This document shows positions 1 through 10,660 of a stretch of 64,000 nt of DNA, piece after piece. This stretch comes from an uncultured bacterium (GTDB lineage: Bacteria > Desulfobacterota_D > UBA1144 > Nemesobacterales > UBA2774): contig CAWGRW010000009.1 in NCBI GenBank assembly GCA_963825135.1, positions 2,080,001 through 2,144,000 on the forward strand, written 5' to 3'. Numbering within the stretch: position 1 is the first letter of the stretch; each line of letters opens with the position of its first letter. Under the pieces are notes generated by a model, which saw only the letters and a program-made list of their open reading frames with translations, ran no database searches and was not told the origin of the DNA. A program made the translations under genes and the position numbers.

Positions 1-3
1 AGC

Positions 4-357
4 CTAGTCTACAAGAAGAACCCAGCCGTAATTATTGCCTTCGATCTTCCCGGTCATTGTGACATTCTCTCTCTGAGGCATCATGGATACCTTCATGAGT
101 CCGTCCTGAAGACCTTGAATTGTATAGACGGTGCCGTCCTTCGTCATAAGTATGTGCTGATGCGGCGGTAAGGTGTTACAGGGCCCTGTGGAGATTACGG
201 GTGTAACTGTGCCTTTCTTGTAATCCGGTATCAGACAAATTACGGTTCCCGTAATTGTCTTCGTGCCCTCATCCGCTGCAAAAGAACGGACCGTGAAAAG
301 ACCGGCCAAAGCTACTGCGATTACTAACGACATTATAACTAGTCTAAATCCTTGCAT
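4..357 (-). CDS. Hypothetical secreted protein
   Basis: ORF 4..426; the likely start is M24 (357), with GGAGG upstream, followed by a signal-peptide-like hydrophobic stretch ending SFA-ADE. Confidence 0.65.
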   Translation of the reverse strand: MQGFRLVIMSLVIAVALAGLFTVRSFAADEGTKTITGTVICLIPDYKKGTVTPVISTGPCNTLPPHQHILMTKDGTVYTIQGLQDGLMKVSMMPQRENVTMTGKIEGNNYGWVLLVD

Positions 358-469
358 TTTTAATACCTCCCTAAGGTGATTTTTACTTATGTTATTTATA
401 CGCTGGGAATGTGAGAATGGATTCATTTTTATAGCGTCGAAATAATATTTGAAAAATACAGGGAAATCC

Positions 470-685
470 TTATTTCTCCTGAAGAAAGCTTTTGGTAAGC
501 TCTATCGTCTTTTTGTATGTATTGAGGAAGGCCACGCAGTCGGGGCATATTCCCAGGTGCTTCTCGAACTCCGCTTTGGTCTCCGGACTCAGCTCTCCGC
601 TCAGGAAGTCCAGTATCAGGTTCGTCGCGTCCCTGCATGTGTCCACGTTCTCTGGTTTGTTCGTTGGAATTGATCGTATGGTCAT
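470..685 (-). CDS. Small zinc-finger (zf-HC2) anti-sigma factor
   Basis: C..(LDFLSGELS)..HLGICPDC gives the HxxxCxxC ZAS motif; lies directly downstream of an ECF sigma gene. Confidence 0.85.
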   Translation of the reverse strand: MTIRSIPTNKPENVDTCRDATNLILDFLSGELSPETKAEFEKHLGICPDCVAFLNTYKKTIELTKSFLQEK

Positions 686-827
686 GTTATCCCTTTTTTA
701 TACGGTTAGACGTATAGAAAAAAGAATAGGATCCAAAATTAATATATATGTATGCAAATGCGAAGAATAGTCCGTTTCCAGTTTCGTGTAAATGCCCCGA
801 TTTCCAGTGCCAACAGGCATTTATGAG

Positions 828-1496
828 CTATACAGCAGAATATCCAAGCTGTACCGCCAGTTTTGACCGGAGATATAGCCTTGCCCTGTGGAGTCTGCCT
901 TTTACGGCCAGCACGCTCAGCCCCAGGACGTTTCCTATCTCCGGATTCGTCAGCTCTTCGATTTCACTCAGGACTATGACGGTCCTGTCCAGCGGCGAGA
1001 GCTCTTGCATCGCACTCTCTATTATCGTCTTTAGCTCCTTGTCGGCAACCTTCTTTTCAACCTCCTGCGACCAGTCGATCACAGGCCTCTCCGCGTGGTG
1101 TCCGTCGTCATCGAACCTCGGCATGTAGTCGTCGAGCGAGACAGTTCTCTCTCTCTTATTTTTTCTTAACTTGGAGATGGCTTCGTTTGTGATAAGCCTG
1201 TACAGCCAGGTCGAGAACTTGGAATCGGTGCGGAAGGTGTGGGCTTTTCTATAAATCGTAAGCGATACCTCCTGCACCACGTCCTCTGCGTCGGAATGGT
1301 CGTTAGTTACTTTCAAGGCCGTCCGGTAGATTCTTTCCCTGTACCGTCTGAGAATTTCATTGAGTGCTCCCTCGTCCCCGCCTTCTGCGATCAGGCCAAT
1401 CAGGCTCTCGTCAGCGACATTCGATATATCAGAGATTCGATCTCTGATCTTAAGACTCTCATTCCTTTCTACATTCCTATTATCGACCATGCTCAT
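828..1496 (-). CDS. ECF-family RNA polymerase sigma-70 factor
   Basis: Region 2 DAEDVVQEV..SKFSTWLYRL and region 4 EIGNVLGLSVLAVKGRLHRAR. Confidence 0.95.
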   Translation of the reverse strand: MSMVDNRNVERNESLKIRDRISDISNVADESLIGLIAEGGDEGALNEILRRYRERIYRTALKVTNDHSDAEDVVQEVSLTIYRKAHTFRTDSKFSTWLYRLITNEAISKLRKNKRERTVSLDDYMPRFDDDGHHAERPVIDWSQEVEKKVADKELKTIIESAMQELSPLDRTVIVLSEIEELTNPEIGNVLGLSVLAVKGRLHRARLYLRSKLAVQLGYSAV

Positions 1497-1522
1497 GATG
1501 TGCTACCCCCTGGATTTTTGTT

Positions 1523-1804
1523 TTATATCCGCTCATTGTCCACAAGATCGTTTAAAAGGGTCTTGATGAAAGCAGAGCATTTGACTATCTCCATGCGCTC
1601 GTCCTTTAACTTCGATAGCGCTTCCAAACCTTCGTCGTCAATAAAAGTCACGCCGGAAAAATCGAGTGTTATCGTTTTTTTGTTTCTGGCGCACGCGCAG
1701 TTGCAGGCTTGCTCCAGCTCCTCTACATACGGACCTTCAATTTTTCCGTCTATCTTCAGCGTGAGATTTTCGCTGTCCTGTTTTATTTTTGAAATCATAA
1801 GCAT
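1523..1804 (-). CDS. STAS-domain (anti-anti-sigma-like) protein
   Basis: LKIDGKI...ITLDFSGVTFIDDEGL STAS signature in a 93-aa protein. Confidence 0.85.
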   Translation of the reverse strand: MLMISKIKQDSENLTLKIDGKIEGPYVEELEQACNCACARNKKTITLDFSGVTFIDDEGLEALSKLKDERMEIVKCSAFIKTLLNDLVDNERI

Positions 1805-1876
1805 TTATTCACCTTTCCTCGTTTTCTGGTTTTAATCCTGACTCACTATTCTGTGATGTCATTTGATGACTATAAG

Positions 1877-1892
1877 TGCAATTGCTGTGCCA
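1877..1892 (-). promoter_or_regulatory. Sigma54 (-24/-12) promoter for the STAS-ECF-anti-sigma genes
   Basis: Minus strand reads TGGCACAGCAATTGCA, matching TGGCAC-N5-TTGCW, about 70 bp upstream of the STAS start and next to a divergent sigma54 activator. Confidence 0.85.
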
Positions 1893-1992
1893 ATCGTAAA
1901 TTATTGTGTCTTGGCAGTCGTATCTCCCTTATATCATTCAACTATTGTCCATTCTTCGAAAATCAGCCGGAAAGATGTGACCAACCTTATCC

Positions 1993-2024
1993 ATGAAATA
2001 TGGTGACAGTTACGAAATATCGTG
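1993..2024. promoter_or_regulatory. Candidate enhancer (UAS) for the divergent activator
   Basis: Imperfect tandem repeat ATGAAATATGGTG (1993) / ACGAAATATCGTG (2012), about 100-130 bp upstream of the sigma54 promoter. Confidence 0.45.
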
Positions 2025-2192
2025 GTTTTCAGGAAGAAGAAGTGGTATGCTATTTTACTAAATGGTCGTTTCAAACCGGCGCATCTTTTCTAAGCTATCT
2101 ATACAGAAGTCTTTTTAGTGAACGATATATGTATTCCTGTAATTGTTTTGATACACCGGGGCGTAAGGAATCCAAATAGGGGGTTTAGACAT

Positions 2193-4364
2193 ATGAGCGA
2201 TAATAGGCAATTAGAAGAAACTCACAATAGAGCGGAGATCGTATTCTCACAAAACCTCCCGGATTTACGCTCGAACGGAAATGACTATTATAAGGATCTC
2301 GAGATACTGAATCATCTCGCTCAGGGCACTGCTTCGGTCGTGGGCTCCAATTTCTTTAACTCGCTCGTTCATCACCTGGCATCGGCGATGAAGGTTCGTT
2401 ACGCGTTCATAGCCCAGTGCACGGACGACACGTTCACCAGGGTAAGGACTCTATCCTTCTGGGTGGATAACCATTTCGGCGAGAACATAGAATTCGAGCT
2501 TAAAGGCACTCCTTGCGAAAATGTTATCGCCGGAAACGTAAGCGTGTATCCCGACAGGCTCCAGTCGCTGTTCCCGGAGGATACGGGCCTGGTCGATATG
2601 AGCGCTCAGAGCTATCTCGGAATACCGATAAGGGACGCATGGGAAAATGTTCTGGGTCACATTGCCGTAATAGACGATAAGCCGATGGGTCATGAGCCCT
2701 TGGGTATAAACGTGCTGCAGATTTTCGCGGCCCGCGCGGGCGCCGAAATAGAGCGCAAGCGCGCCGAGGATTCCCTCAGGGAAAACTATATGGTGCTTGC
2801 GAAGAAGAACCGTTACGAAACCATAATAGGCAACGTCACGCGGATGGTGCATCAGTCCCTGAAGCCCGAAGAGGTTTTCGAGAACGCAGTCGATGCGCTC
2901 AGCAAGAATATAGAAAAGGTGAACTGCGCGGGAATATATTTGATAGAGGGGGATGAGGCCGTACTCAAGGCGCAAAGAGGGTACCCGGTAAAGTATCTGG
3001 AGTTCACGAGCCGGATCGTGCGTCCGAAAGGGTTTACTTGGGAGACCATAACGAAAGGGGAGCCGAATTATTGCCCCGATCTGGATACGGTGGCCGCGGC
3101 GAGCGTCGCTAGAAGGGCGGGGGTTAAAAGTTTTCTCTGTGTTCCCATCAGGAGCAGAGGGGGGGTTATTGGAACTCTGGATATAACTTCCTTCCATAAG
3201 AATGCTTTTGATGAGGACGAGCTAAAGCTCCTGGAAATCGTATCGAGGCAGATAGAGACGGCGGTGAACAATGCGAGACAAACAGCCGAGCTTAGGGAGT
3301 CTCAGCTGTCGCTGCAGATGGCGCTGGCAGAGGTCGAGGAGCTTAAAAACAGGCTTCAGATTGAAAACGTCTATCTGCGTGAAGAAATAAATACGGAGAA
3401 TAATTTCGAGGAGATCGTAGGCAGGTGCGATGAGATCAAGCGTGTTCTGGTCAGTGTCGGGCAGGTAGCGCGAACCGGGACGACAGTGTTGATTCATGGA
3501 GAGACAGGGACCGGAAAGGAGCTCGTCGCGCGCGCGATACATAACCTGAGTGACAGAAAGCACAGGACCCTCGTAAAGGTCAATTGCGGGGCTATATCGG
3601 CGGGGCTCGTGGAGAGCGAGCTCTTCGGCCACGAGAAAGGGGCGTTTACGGGTGCGCTGCAAAAGAGGGTCGGCAGGTTCGAGCTTGCTGACGGCGGTAC
3701 GATATTTCTGGATGAAGTGGGGGAGCTTCCTCCCGATGTGCAGGTGAAGCTGCTCAGGGTACTCCAGGAAGGCGAATTCGAAAGGGTAGGGAGCAGCGAA
3801 ACGATTAAGGTCGACGTAAGGGTTATAGCGGCCACAAACAGGGACCTCGAAGAAGCGGTAAGGGATAAATCATTCAGGTCCGACCTTTATTACAGGCTCA
3901 ACATCTTCCCTATATACGTACCTCCGCTTCGCGAGCGGAAACCGGACATCCCGCTGCTCGCTAATTTCTTCCTGACTAAATTTTCGAAAAAACTTGGCAA
4001 GGATTTTACCGGATTCTCCAATGGCACTCTGGACAGACTTCTCGATTACCACTGGCCGGGAAACATCAGGGAGCTCCAAAATATTGTGGAAAGGGCGGTC
4101 GTGATATCAAATTCACCCGTGATCGATATAGATGACTCGGTGCTCGGCAACGCGAATGGTTCATCCGCAAGCGCGGCCGAAGATAATAAGTCCCTCGAGG
4201 ATGTGGAACGTAATCATATAATCAGCGTGCTGGAGGAGTCAGGCTGGGTTATTGACGGCAAGAGGGGGGCTGCTACGGTGCTCAATATCAACCCCAATAC
4301 GCTCAGGTCTCGGATGAAAAAACTGGGCATAACCAAGCCCGAGCGTATGAACCGCGGCCTGTGA
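2193..4364 (+). CDS. Sigma54-dependent activator (GAF-GAF-AAA+-HTH, FhlA/NifA-like)
   Basis: Walker A GETGTGKE, intact GAFTGA, Walker B IFLDE, WPGNIREL, C-terminal HTH NPNTLRSRMKKLGI and two N-terminal GAF domains. Start placed at M26 of the listed ORF. Confidence 0.95.
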   Translation: MSDNRQLEETHNRAEIVFSQNLPDLRSNGNDYYKDLEILNHLAQGTASVVGSNFFNSLVHHLASAMKVRYAFIAQCTDDTFTRVRTLSFWVDNHFGENIEFELKGTPCENVIAGNVSVYPDRLQSLFPEDTGLVDMSAQSYLGIPIRDAWENVLGHIAVIDDKPMGHEPLGINVLQIFAARAGAEIERKRAEDSLRENYMVLAKKNRYETIIGNVTRMVHQSLKPEEVFENAVDALSKNIEKVNCAGIYLIEGDEAVLKAQRGYPVKYLEFTSRIVRPKGFTWETITKGEPNYCPDLDTVAAASVARRAGVKSFLCVPIRSRGGVIGTLDITSFHKNAFDEDELKLLEIVSRQIETAVNNARQTAELRESQLSLQMALAEVEELKNRLQIENVYLREEINTENNFEEIVGRCDEIKRVLVSVGQVARTGTTVLIHGETGTGKELVARAIHNLSDRKHRTLVKVNCGAISAGLVESELFGHEKGAFTGALQKRVGRFELADGGTIFLDEVGELPPDVQVKLLRVLQEGEFERVGSSETIKVDVRVIAATNRDLEEAVRDKSFRSDLYYRLNIFPIYVPPLRERKPDIPLLANFFLTKFSKKLGKDFTGFSNGTLDRLLDYHWPGNIRELQNIVERAVVISNSPVIDIDDSVLGNANGSSASAAEDNKSLEDVERNHIISVLEESGWVIDGKRGAATVLNINPNTLRSRMKKLGITKPERMNRGL

Positions 4365-4380
4365 TAGTTCTCGAACACCC

Positions 4381-6387
4381 TCAGCCCGTTTGCTGGTCGT
4401 TTTGATATTTTTCTATTTCTGTCCAGGCTCGTATAACCTCAGCCACGGTCCATGCTTGCGCGATGCACCCTCTGGGCGTCATCGGAGCGTCACCGTCGAA
4501 GATTTCACTCAGGCTGCCCACACCGTGCGAGCGCAGCTGTCCCAGCATGGGTATTAAAAAGCCCTTGGCCTTTTCTGTCTCCCCGTATGCTCTCAGGTGC
4601 GCCAGAGCAAAATGCCCGAGGAGCCAGCCCCATACGGTGCCCTGGTGGTACGCGCCGTCCCTCGACCTCGAATCGCCTCCGTAATGCCCTTTGTAGTCGG
4701 GGTGATCGGGCGAGAGGCTCCTGAGCCCGTGTGATGTCAGTAGGCTGAGCGCGCAGGCTTCGACGACTTTTTTCTGCCTATCCGAAGAGAGAGGGCTTTC
4801 CGGAAGGGATACGGCGAACAGCTGATTCGGTCTTAAAGACGGGTCATCGCCGGCCGGCCCGTCGATCACGTCGAAGCAGTAGCCGGTTTTTTCGTTCCAG
4901 AAGCGTGAAAACCCTTCAAGTGCTCTGGCTGCCGCGGATTCGTATTTTTTTGCGGGTTTTTCCAGTTGCCCGGCGAAACTCGCCATAGAGCGGAGGGCGT
5001 TGAACCAGAGGGCGTTTACCTCCACGGGTTTGCCGATACGGGGAGTGACCACCCAGTCTCCCACCTTGGCATCCATCCATGTGAGCTGCACCCCCGCCTC
5101 TCCCGCATAGAGGAGACCGTCTGTCGGATCGACCTTGATGTTATAACGGGTCCCCTTACTGTGCCAGTCGATTATTCCGTCCAGTATCGGAAACATCTCT
5201 TCGAGAAACGCTCTGTCTTTCGTGTCTTCGAAGTATGCGCGTACCGCCTCGAAATACCAGAGCGTCGCGTCGACCGTGTTGTATTCGGGCTTTTCCCCCG
5301 CGTCCGGGAAACGGTTGGGCAGCATCCCCATATCGACATAGGCTGAAAAGGTTTTGATTATCGACCTCGCGATTTCCGGGCGTCCCGTGGATATGGTCAG
5401 TCCGGGCAGGCTTATCATCGTATCTCTTCCCCAGTCCCCGAACCAGTGATACCCCGCTATGACGCTTTTGCCGTCTTTGTCCTGTCCGGAGGGCCTCCTT
5501 ACGATGAACTGATCCGCGGCCAGGGCCAGATGGCCGAGACCGGCATTTGTTTCCGCATAGTTGTTCTTTTGTTTGACTCTGAATCTTTTATTGATTTGTT
5601 CTTCATATTCCTTCCTCTGTCCGAGCGCCTTGTTTCCGTCTGTATCGGAAGATTGTTCCGTGCTGGCCGCGATATTGAAAGACTCGCCTTCCCGGAGTGT
5701 GCATGTCAGGTTCGCGGCGTGGAGGTGGTCTTCCAAATGATCGAGCCCCCTGTATTCTTCGAGCGCCAGATTGAAGCCGTAATACCAGTCGTCCGCCGTC
5801 TCCGTCTCCGCTTTATCCGTAAGGATACAAAAAGGCACGGCGCCGTCATAGGCGGTTATTCGTATTCCATTGCCGGTTCTTTCAACCTTCATCCTCCAGC
5901 CGCCCGCATGAGTCGAGCCGTGGTAATCCCTGTAGTTCACATATGCTTTTACGCTCATGCTCAGGGGCCGCGAGGCCCTTTTGAGCTCGTACCTGATATA
6001 TGTCGTATTGCTCCCCTGCGCCATCCATATTCGCTTCTCAAGGAGGGCGTCGGCGCAGGCGAAATCCCAGACGGGGATTGCGCCGTCGAGGTAAAACCTT
6101 TCGATGTTTACATACCCTTCGGGGCTGACCGTGCCGTCTGCCCACCGGTTTGAGCTGAGCGGATAATTCTTCCCTCCGTAAGTGACCGTCTCGTCAAGTT
6201 TCGTTACGAGAAGGTTCCTGCCGAGAGGGGGCTTGAGCGCCGCCACCAGGAGTCCGTGATATCTTCGAGAAAGTAAACCCGCGACCGTACCGGAGGCGAA
6301 CCCCCCTATACCGTTTGTCACGAGCCATTCCCTTTTTTCCGAGATTCCCGGCTCGCAGCTGATCTCCCTTCCGAATTCAATCGCCAT
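4381..6387 (-). CDS. Glycogen debranching enzyme (amylo-alpha-1,6-glucosidase)
   Basis: EWLVTNGIGGFASGT N-domain; IAGYHWFGDWGRDT, LTWMDAK, YHQGTVW and GCIAQAW motifs. Confidence 0.93.
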   Translation of the reverse strand: MAIEFGREISCEPGISEKREWLVTNGIGGFASGTVAGLLSRRYHGLLVAALKPPLGRNLLVTKLDETVTYGGKNYPLSSNRWADGTVSPEGYVNIERFYLDGAIPVWDFACADALLEKRIWMAQGSNTTYIRYELKRASRPLSMSVKAYVNYRDYHGSTHAGGWRMKVERTGNGIRITAYDGAVPFCILTDKAETETADDWYYGFNLALEEYRGLDHLEDHLHAANLTCTLREGESFNIAASTEQSSDTDGNKALGQRKEYEEQINKRFRVKQKNNYAETNAGLGHLALAADQFIVRRPSGQDKDGKSVIAGYHWFGDWGRDTMISLPGLTISTGRPEIARSIIKTFSAYVDMGMLPNRFPDAGEKPEYNTVDATLWYFEAVRAYFEDTKDRAFLEEMFPILDGIIDWHSKGTRYNIKVDPTDGLLYAGEAGVQLTWMDAKVGDWVVTPRIGKPVEVNALWFNALRSMASFAGQLEKPAKKYESAAARALEGFSRFWNEKTGYCFDVIDGPAGDDPSLRPNQLFAVSLPESPLSSDRQKKVVEACALSLLTSHGLRSLSPDHPDYKGHYGGDSRSRDGAYHQGTVWGWLLGHFALAHLRAYGETEKAKGFLIPMLGQLRSHGVGSLSEIFDGDAPMTPRGCIAQAWTVAEVIRAWTEIEKYQNDQQTG

Positions 6388-6446
6388 AATCGAGTCTCCC
6401 TCCCGTTCCTGTCATCCGTATGCTGTGGATAATGGATACCATCAGA

Positions 6447-9143
6447 TTATGTGTGATCCCATTTTACCGCAATCCTTTTTTTATCCGTTTCGAGAGGCTG
6501 TGAGTATTCCGAGGTCTGCTGAATGAGCTTGGCAACCAGGCCTGTCCATCCGGTCTGGTGGCTCGCTCCGATTCCCGCTCCGTTGTCGCCGTGGAAATAT
6601 TCGTGGAAAGGTATATAACCCCTCCACTCAGGGTCGGTTTGAAACTTCTCTGTCCCGCCGAAAACAGGTCTCTTTCCCTGATCGTCCGTAAGGAAAATGC
6701 GTGTCAGCCTGCGGGAAATCTCTGCAGCGACCTCCCATAGTGTCATGTAGTTACCGGATCCGGTCGGACACTCTACTTTAAAATCGTCCCCCAGGTAATA
6801 GTGGAATTTCTGAAGGGATTCAATTATCAGGTAGTTAACCGGGAACCAGATCGGCCCGCGCCAGTTGGAATTTCCGCCGAAAAGTCCGCTCGTGGATTCC
6901 GCGGGCTCGTAATCGACCCTGTACTCGTTCCCGTTCACATGGAACCTGTAGGGATTATCTTTGTGAAACCTCGAAAGTGCGCGGATGCCGTAGGGACTGA
7001 AAAACTCCGACTCATCGAGCATCTTTTTCAGCATCCTTCTCAGCTTGCCCTCGTCCACGATCGAGAGGAGCCTTCTTTCGCGCATACCTTTGGTTTTCAT
7101 GCAGGCGACGTTTTCCCTCAGATCCGGGCGGTTTTCTATAAACCAGGCGAGCCTCCCGTTAAAACCCTTCAGGCTGTCGAGCACTTCGGGCTCGAGCGTC
7201 TGGATCGCGAACAGGGGTATAAGACCCACCATGGAGCGTACCTTCATGGGCAGGTGCTTGCCGTCCGGAAGGTGAAGCACGTCGTAGTAAAAGCCGTCCT
7301 CTTCGTTCCAAAGGCCGTCCATATCCCCGCCCAGGAGGTTCATGGCCTTCGCTATATAAAGAAAATGCTCATAGAATTTACTCGCTATGTCCTCGTAGCT
7401 CGGGTTCTCCTTCGCCAGCTCGAGCGCTATTGCCAGCATGTTAAGGCAGTACATACCCATCCAGCTCGTACCGTCGGCCTGTTCGATGTGACCGCCCGTC
7501 GGGAGCTGCGCGCTTCTGTCGAAGACGCCTATGTTGTCGAGCCCCAGAAAGCCTCCTTCGAAAACGTTTCTCCCCTCCCGGTCCTTCCTGTTCACCCACC
7601 AGGTGAAGTTAAGGAGGAGCTTTTGAAAGACGCTCTCCAGGAAGCGAAGGTCCTTCCTGCCGTACATTTTCTTTTCTATATTGTAGACCCTCCATGCCGC
7701 CCAGGCATGTACCGGCGGGTTTACGTCGCCGAACGCCCACTCGTAGGCGGGAATTTGCCCGTTGGGATGCATATACCATTCCCTCGTAAGCAGGGTCAGC
7801 TGACGCTTCGCGAATTCGGGATCGATAATCGCAAGTGGTATCGTATGGAATGCCAGGTCCCAGGCTGCGAACCACGGGTACTCCCATTTGTCGGGCATCG
7901 AGAGTATGTCGTCGTTATAGAGGTGCGCCCATTCACGGTTCCTGCCGTTTCTACGTTCGGGAGGAGGGGAGGGGTGATTGGGGTCTCCCTTGAGCCAGTC
8001 CTCTATGACATAGTAATAGTACTGCTTTGTCCACAGCATCCCCGCGAATGCCTGTCTCTGAACTGCTTTCGATTCTTCGCCGGCGTTGAAAGGGTTGATA
8101 CGCTCATAGAACTCGTCCGCCTCCCGCTTACGGTCCTCAAATACCTTTTCGAACTCCTGACCGAAGGGCGACGTGAGCTTGTTCGAATCGCTCAAGCGGA
8201 GCCTGATTATTTTTGTCCCTCCGCCGGGGATCTCTCCTGCGTATTGTGCGGACATTTTGGTCCCGGTCCCTGCAGCGTTCACCGCTTCTTTTTTCCCATC
8301 CACTATATAGTCATTGATGCCGTCCTTGACATAAGGTGAAGCGTTTTTGATTCCAAAGAGCTTCTCCGAATTGGTCTCGTTTTCCGTAAATAGAATCTCG
8401 TCCGGGTTCTCTATATAGAGCCATCTGTTTCCCAGTGTGGGGTGGTTGGCCTCGACGCGATTCTCTGCCTTATCAGGCCCGGTTTTGCTCAGAGAGGGCT
8501 TCACCCCGCCGTTCCAGGACCAAGTGTTCCTGAACCAGAGGGTAGGCAGGAGATGGAGTGCCGCGGTTTCGGGCCCTCTGTTGACAGCCGTTATCTTGAT
8601 GAGCACATCGTCGCCTGACGCCTTCGCATATTCGATAAAGATATCGAAATAGCGGTTGTCGTCGAACACCCCGGTGTTAATAAGCTCGTATTCGAGATCG
8701 TGTTTCCCCCTCCGCTTGTTCTCTTCGACGAGCTTTGCATAGGGGAATGCTTCATGGGGGTATTTGTATAAATACTTCATATAGGAATGGGTGGGCGTGC
8801 TGTCGAGATAGAAATAATATTCCTTAACGTCTTCTCCGTGATTCCCCTCGCTTCCGGTAAGTCCGAATATCCTCTCTTTGAGTATCTGGTCCTTACCGTT
8901 CCACAGCGCCAGCGCGAAGCAGAGTCTCTGGTGGTTGTCCGATATTCCGCCAATCCCGTCCTCTCCCCATCTGTACGCCCTCGAGCGGGACTGCTCGTGT
9001 GAAAAATAATCCCAGGCCGTACCGTAAGGACTGTAGTCCTCCCTCACCGTCCCCCACTGCCTTTCGCTCAGGTAAGGCCCCCACCTCTTCCAATGCGCTT
9101 TTTTCTGACTGTCTTCCTCGAGCCTTTTTTCTTCACTGGTCAT
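6447..9143 (-). CDS. GH63-like (MGH1-type) glucosidase
   Basis: [44 protein letters not shown] and [10 protein letters not shown] motifs. Confidence 0.9.
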   Translation of the reverse strand: MTSEEKRLEEDSQKKAHWKRWGPYLSERQWGTVREDYSPYGTAWDYFSHEQSRSRAYRWGEDGIGGISDNHQRLCFALALWNGKDQILKERIFGLTGSEGNHGEDVKEYYFYLDSTPTHSYMKYLYKYPHEAFPYAKLVEENKRRGKHDLEYELINTGVFDDNRYFDIFIEYAKASGDDVLIKITAVNRGPETAALHLLPTLWFRNTWSWNGGVKPSLSKTGPDKAENRVEANHPTLGNRWLYIENPDEILFTENETNSEKLFGIKNASPYVKDGINDYIVDGKKEAVNAAGTGTKMSAQYAGEIPGGGTKIIRLRLSDSNKLTSPFGQEFEKVFEDRKREADEFYERINPFNAGEESKAVQRQAFAGMLWTKQYYYYVIEDWLKGDPNHPSPPPERRNGRNREWAHLYNDDILSMPDKWEYPWFAAWDLAFHTIPLAIIDPEFAKRQLTLLTREWYMHPNGQIPAYEWAFGDVNPPVHAWAAWRVYNIEKKMYGRKDLRFLESVFQKLLLNFTWWVNRKDREGRNVFEGGFLGLDNIGVFDRSAQLPTGGHIEQADGTSWMGMYCLNMLAIALELAKENPSYEDIASKFYEHFLYIAKAMNLLGGDMDGLWNEEDGFYYDVLHLPDGKHLPMKVRSMVGLIPLFAIQTLEPEVLDSLKGFNGRLAWFIENRPDLRENVACMKTKGMRERRLLSIVDEGKLRRMLKKMLDESEFFSPYGIRALSRFHKDNPYRFHVNGNEYRVDYEPAESTSGLFGGNSNWRGPIWFPVNYLIIESLQKFHYYLGDDFKVECPTGSGNYMTLWEVAAEISRRLTRIFLTDDQGKRPVFGGTEKFQTDPEWRGYIPFHEYFHGDNGAGIGASHQTGWTGLVAKLIQQTSEYSQPLETDKKRIAVKWDHT

Positions 9144-9190
9144 TTAATTCACTCCTTTTGGTTGCGGCTGGACGTATCATAGGGTCTCCA

Positions 9191-9538
9191 TTATCCGATC
9201 ATATCGAGGACCGTCTCCTCGAGCGACAGGTCCGGGCGGGGTCCGGCCCACGTAGCGGCTGTTTCTTCACCGTGTGTACGCCGGGAAGACTTATCCTCGT
9301 CGGGGAACGACACGATCATCACGACCTTATCCGAGAGCTTGCCGAAGGTCTCATTCTTGAGATGTCTCAGGAATATGAGGAGTTCCGACTTCTTCCCCTC
9401 GACCGTCGCGCCTGACGGGTTTAGCCGGTACCTGAGTCCCATCTCCTCTGAAAGAATAGCTATGGACATTACACAGTCGTTCAGGCTGAACGGCGTATCA
9501 AAGTCCACTGGATAGAGCGTGATTTTAAGACATATCAT
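9191..9538 (-). CDS. Thiamine-binding-protein-like (MTH1187/YkoF) small protein
   Basis: ITLYP...GLRYRLNPSGATVEG resembles the MTH1187 family. Confidence 0.5.
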   Translation of the reverse strand: MICLKITLYPVDFDTPFSLNDCVMSIAILSEEMGLRYRLNPSGATVEGKKSELLIFLRHLKNETFGKLSDKVVMIVSFPDEDKSSRRTHGEETAATWAGPRPDLSLEETVLDMIG

Positions 9539-9590
9539 GGCATTTCCCCTTTTTGTAAATAAGTTGTTCCTTGCGGACGTTTGTTATGCT

Positions 9591-9782
9591 TTATTTAGGT
9601 TTCTTCGTCTTCGCCTTAACAAGCTTTTCGGCTTCGAGCCAGTGCTCGAAATCTTTCCCGTCCTCTCTTCCCCTCTCCTCGTAAATTTCATAAGCCTTTC
9701 TTGCTATAGCGTCCGTTAACGCGCTATTGTCTTTACCGGGCTTTCTGCCAATCGGTCCCGTTTTCCTCTTTGTATCCGCCAT
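9591..9782 (-). CDS. DUF2934-type small protein
   Basis: IARKAYEIYEERGREDGKDFEHWLEAE signature; start at MADTK with an AGGAGA RBS. Confidence 0.85.
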   Translation of the reverse strand: MADTKRKTGPIGRKPGKDNSALTDAIARKAYEIYEERGREDGKDFEHWLEAEKLVKAKTKKPK

Positions 9783-9831
9783 TTTTTGTCTCTCCTGTGC
9801 CACCGGTGATTTTTCACAAATATTGCTAAGC

Positions 9832-10014
9832 CTAGTCGGGCTGCCTAACTTCGACGTTTCCGCAATTAGGGCATGTGTGTATTTCCTCGACGACCCCCCC
9901 GAATACGGGATCTGCTTTGCGGCTCCCTTCAACAGTCTCGTAACTGATTTTCTCCGCATGGTTATTCATATCGGCCCCGCACTGGGGACATTTCATTTTA
10001 TTCTTCGGCATCAT
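9832..10014 (-). CDS. Small zinc-ribbon protein
   Basis: Two knuckles, CPQCG and CPNCG, in 60 aa; AAGGAGG RBS immediately upstream. Confidence 0.7.
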   Translation of the reverse strand: MMPKNKMKCPQCGADMNNHAEKISYETVEGSRKADPVFGGVVEEIHTCPNCGNVEVRQPD

Positions 10015-10072
10015 GCCTCCTTCCTTATTATCTCACTCAATACAGGTGAGGTTTCATTTATTAGCAGGATTT

Positions 10073-10639
10073 TCATATCTCTATGCTCTCACGTCCGTGC
10101 TTAAGCACCTTCGCCATCCATACGAGCTCTTTTATAAATTTTTCGGCCCGCTTCACAAATGCCTCTTCCTTGAGCTTCCCGGTTTCGTCAAAAGCGTTCT
10201 GCACGGCCGAGAAGTTGACGTCCCAGAAAATGGCGACGAGTCCAAGCTCCCTCATCACGGGAAGGAGGTTCTCGATCACTCTTGTGCCGCCGAAGGGGCC
10301 GGCCGAGACGCCGCAGATGCCCACAGCCTTATGTATATACTCCTTTAAGTTGGTATCGAGGGCGTGCTTCAGGAACCCGGGGTAGCCGTGGTTGTATTCC
10401 GGGGAGACGATGACGAACGCGTCTGCATCCATGGCGATTTTAGAAAATCCCGGGTCCTTTATCTGCTCGCCCGCGTCGTCTGTCGGGAGAGGAATGTTCC
10501 GGATGTCGACTACTTCCGTCTTGACGCCCTCCTGCTTGGCGATCTCCCGTGCCATAAAATTCGCTACGTGCTCGCTCATCCGTCCCTTTCTGACCGTTCC
10601 CAGTATTACGGGTATAAATATTGGTTTTCCGGATTCCAT
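10073..10639 (-). CDS. NADPH-dependent FMN reductase
   Basis: ILGTVRKGR, ADAFVIVSPEYNHGYPGFLKHALD and GPFGG motifs. Confidence 0.92.
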   Translation of the reverse strand: MESGKPIFIPVILGTVRKGRMSEHVANFMAREIAKQEGVKTEVVDIRNIPLPTDDAGEQIKDPGFSKIAMDADAFVIVSPEYNHGYPGFLKHALDTNLKEYIHKAVGICGVSAGPFGGTRVIENLLPVMRELGLVAIFWDVNFSAVQNAFDETGKLKEEAFVKRAEKFIKELVWMAKVLKHGRESIEI

Positions 10640-10660
10640 TTCCTGCTCCTTGTAACGTGA

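Noticed and set aside
6801..8339. 512-aa plus-strand ORF
   Set aside because: It lies fully antisense to the GH63 gene and has no recognisable motifs; a codon-bias shadow.
9591..9959. 122-aa long form of the DUF2934 ORF
   Set aside because: The extension overlaps the zinc-ribbon gene; an RBS supports the start at 9782.
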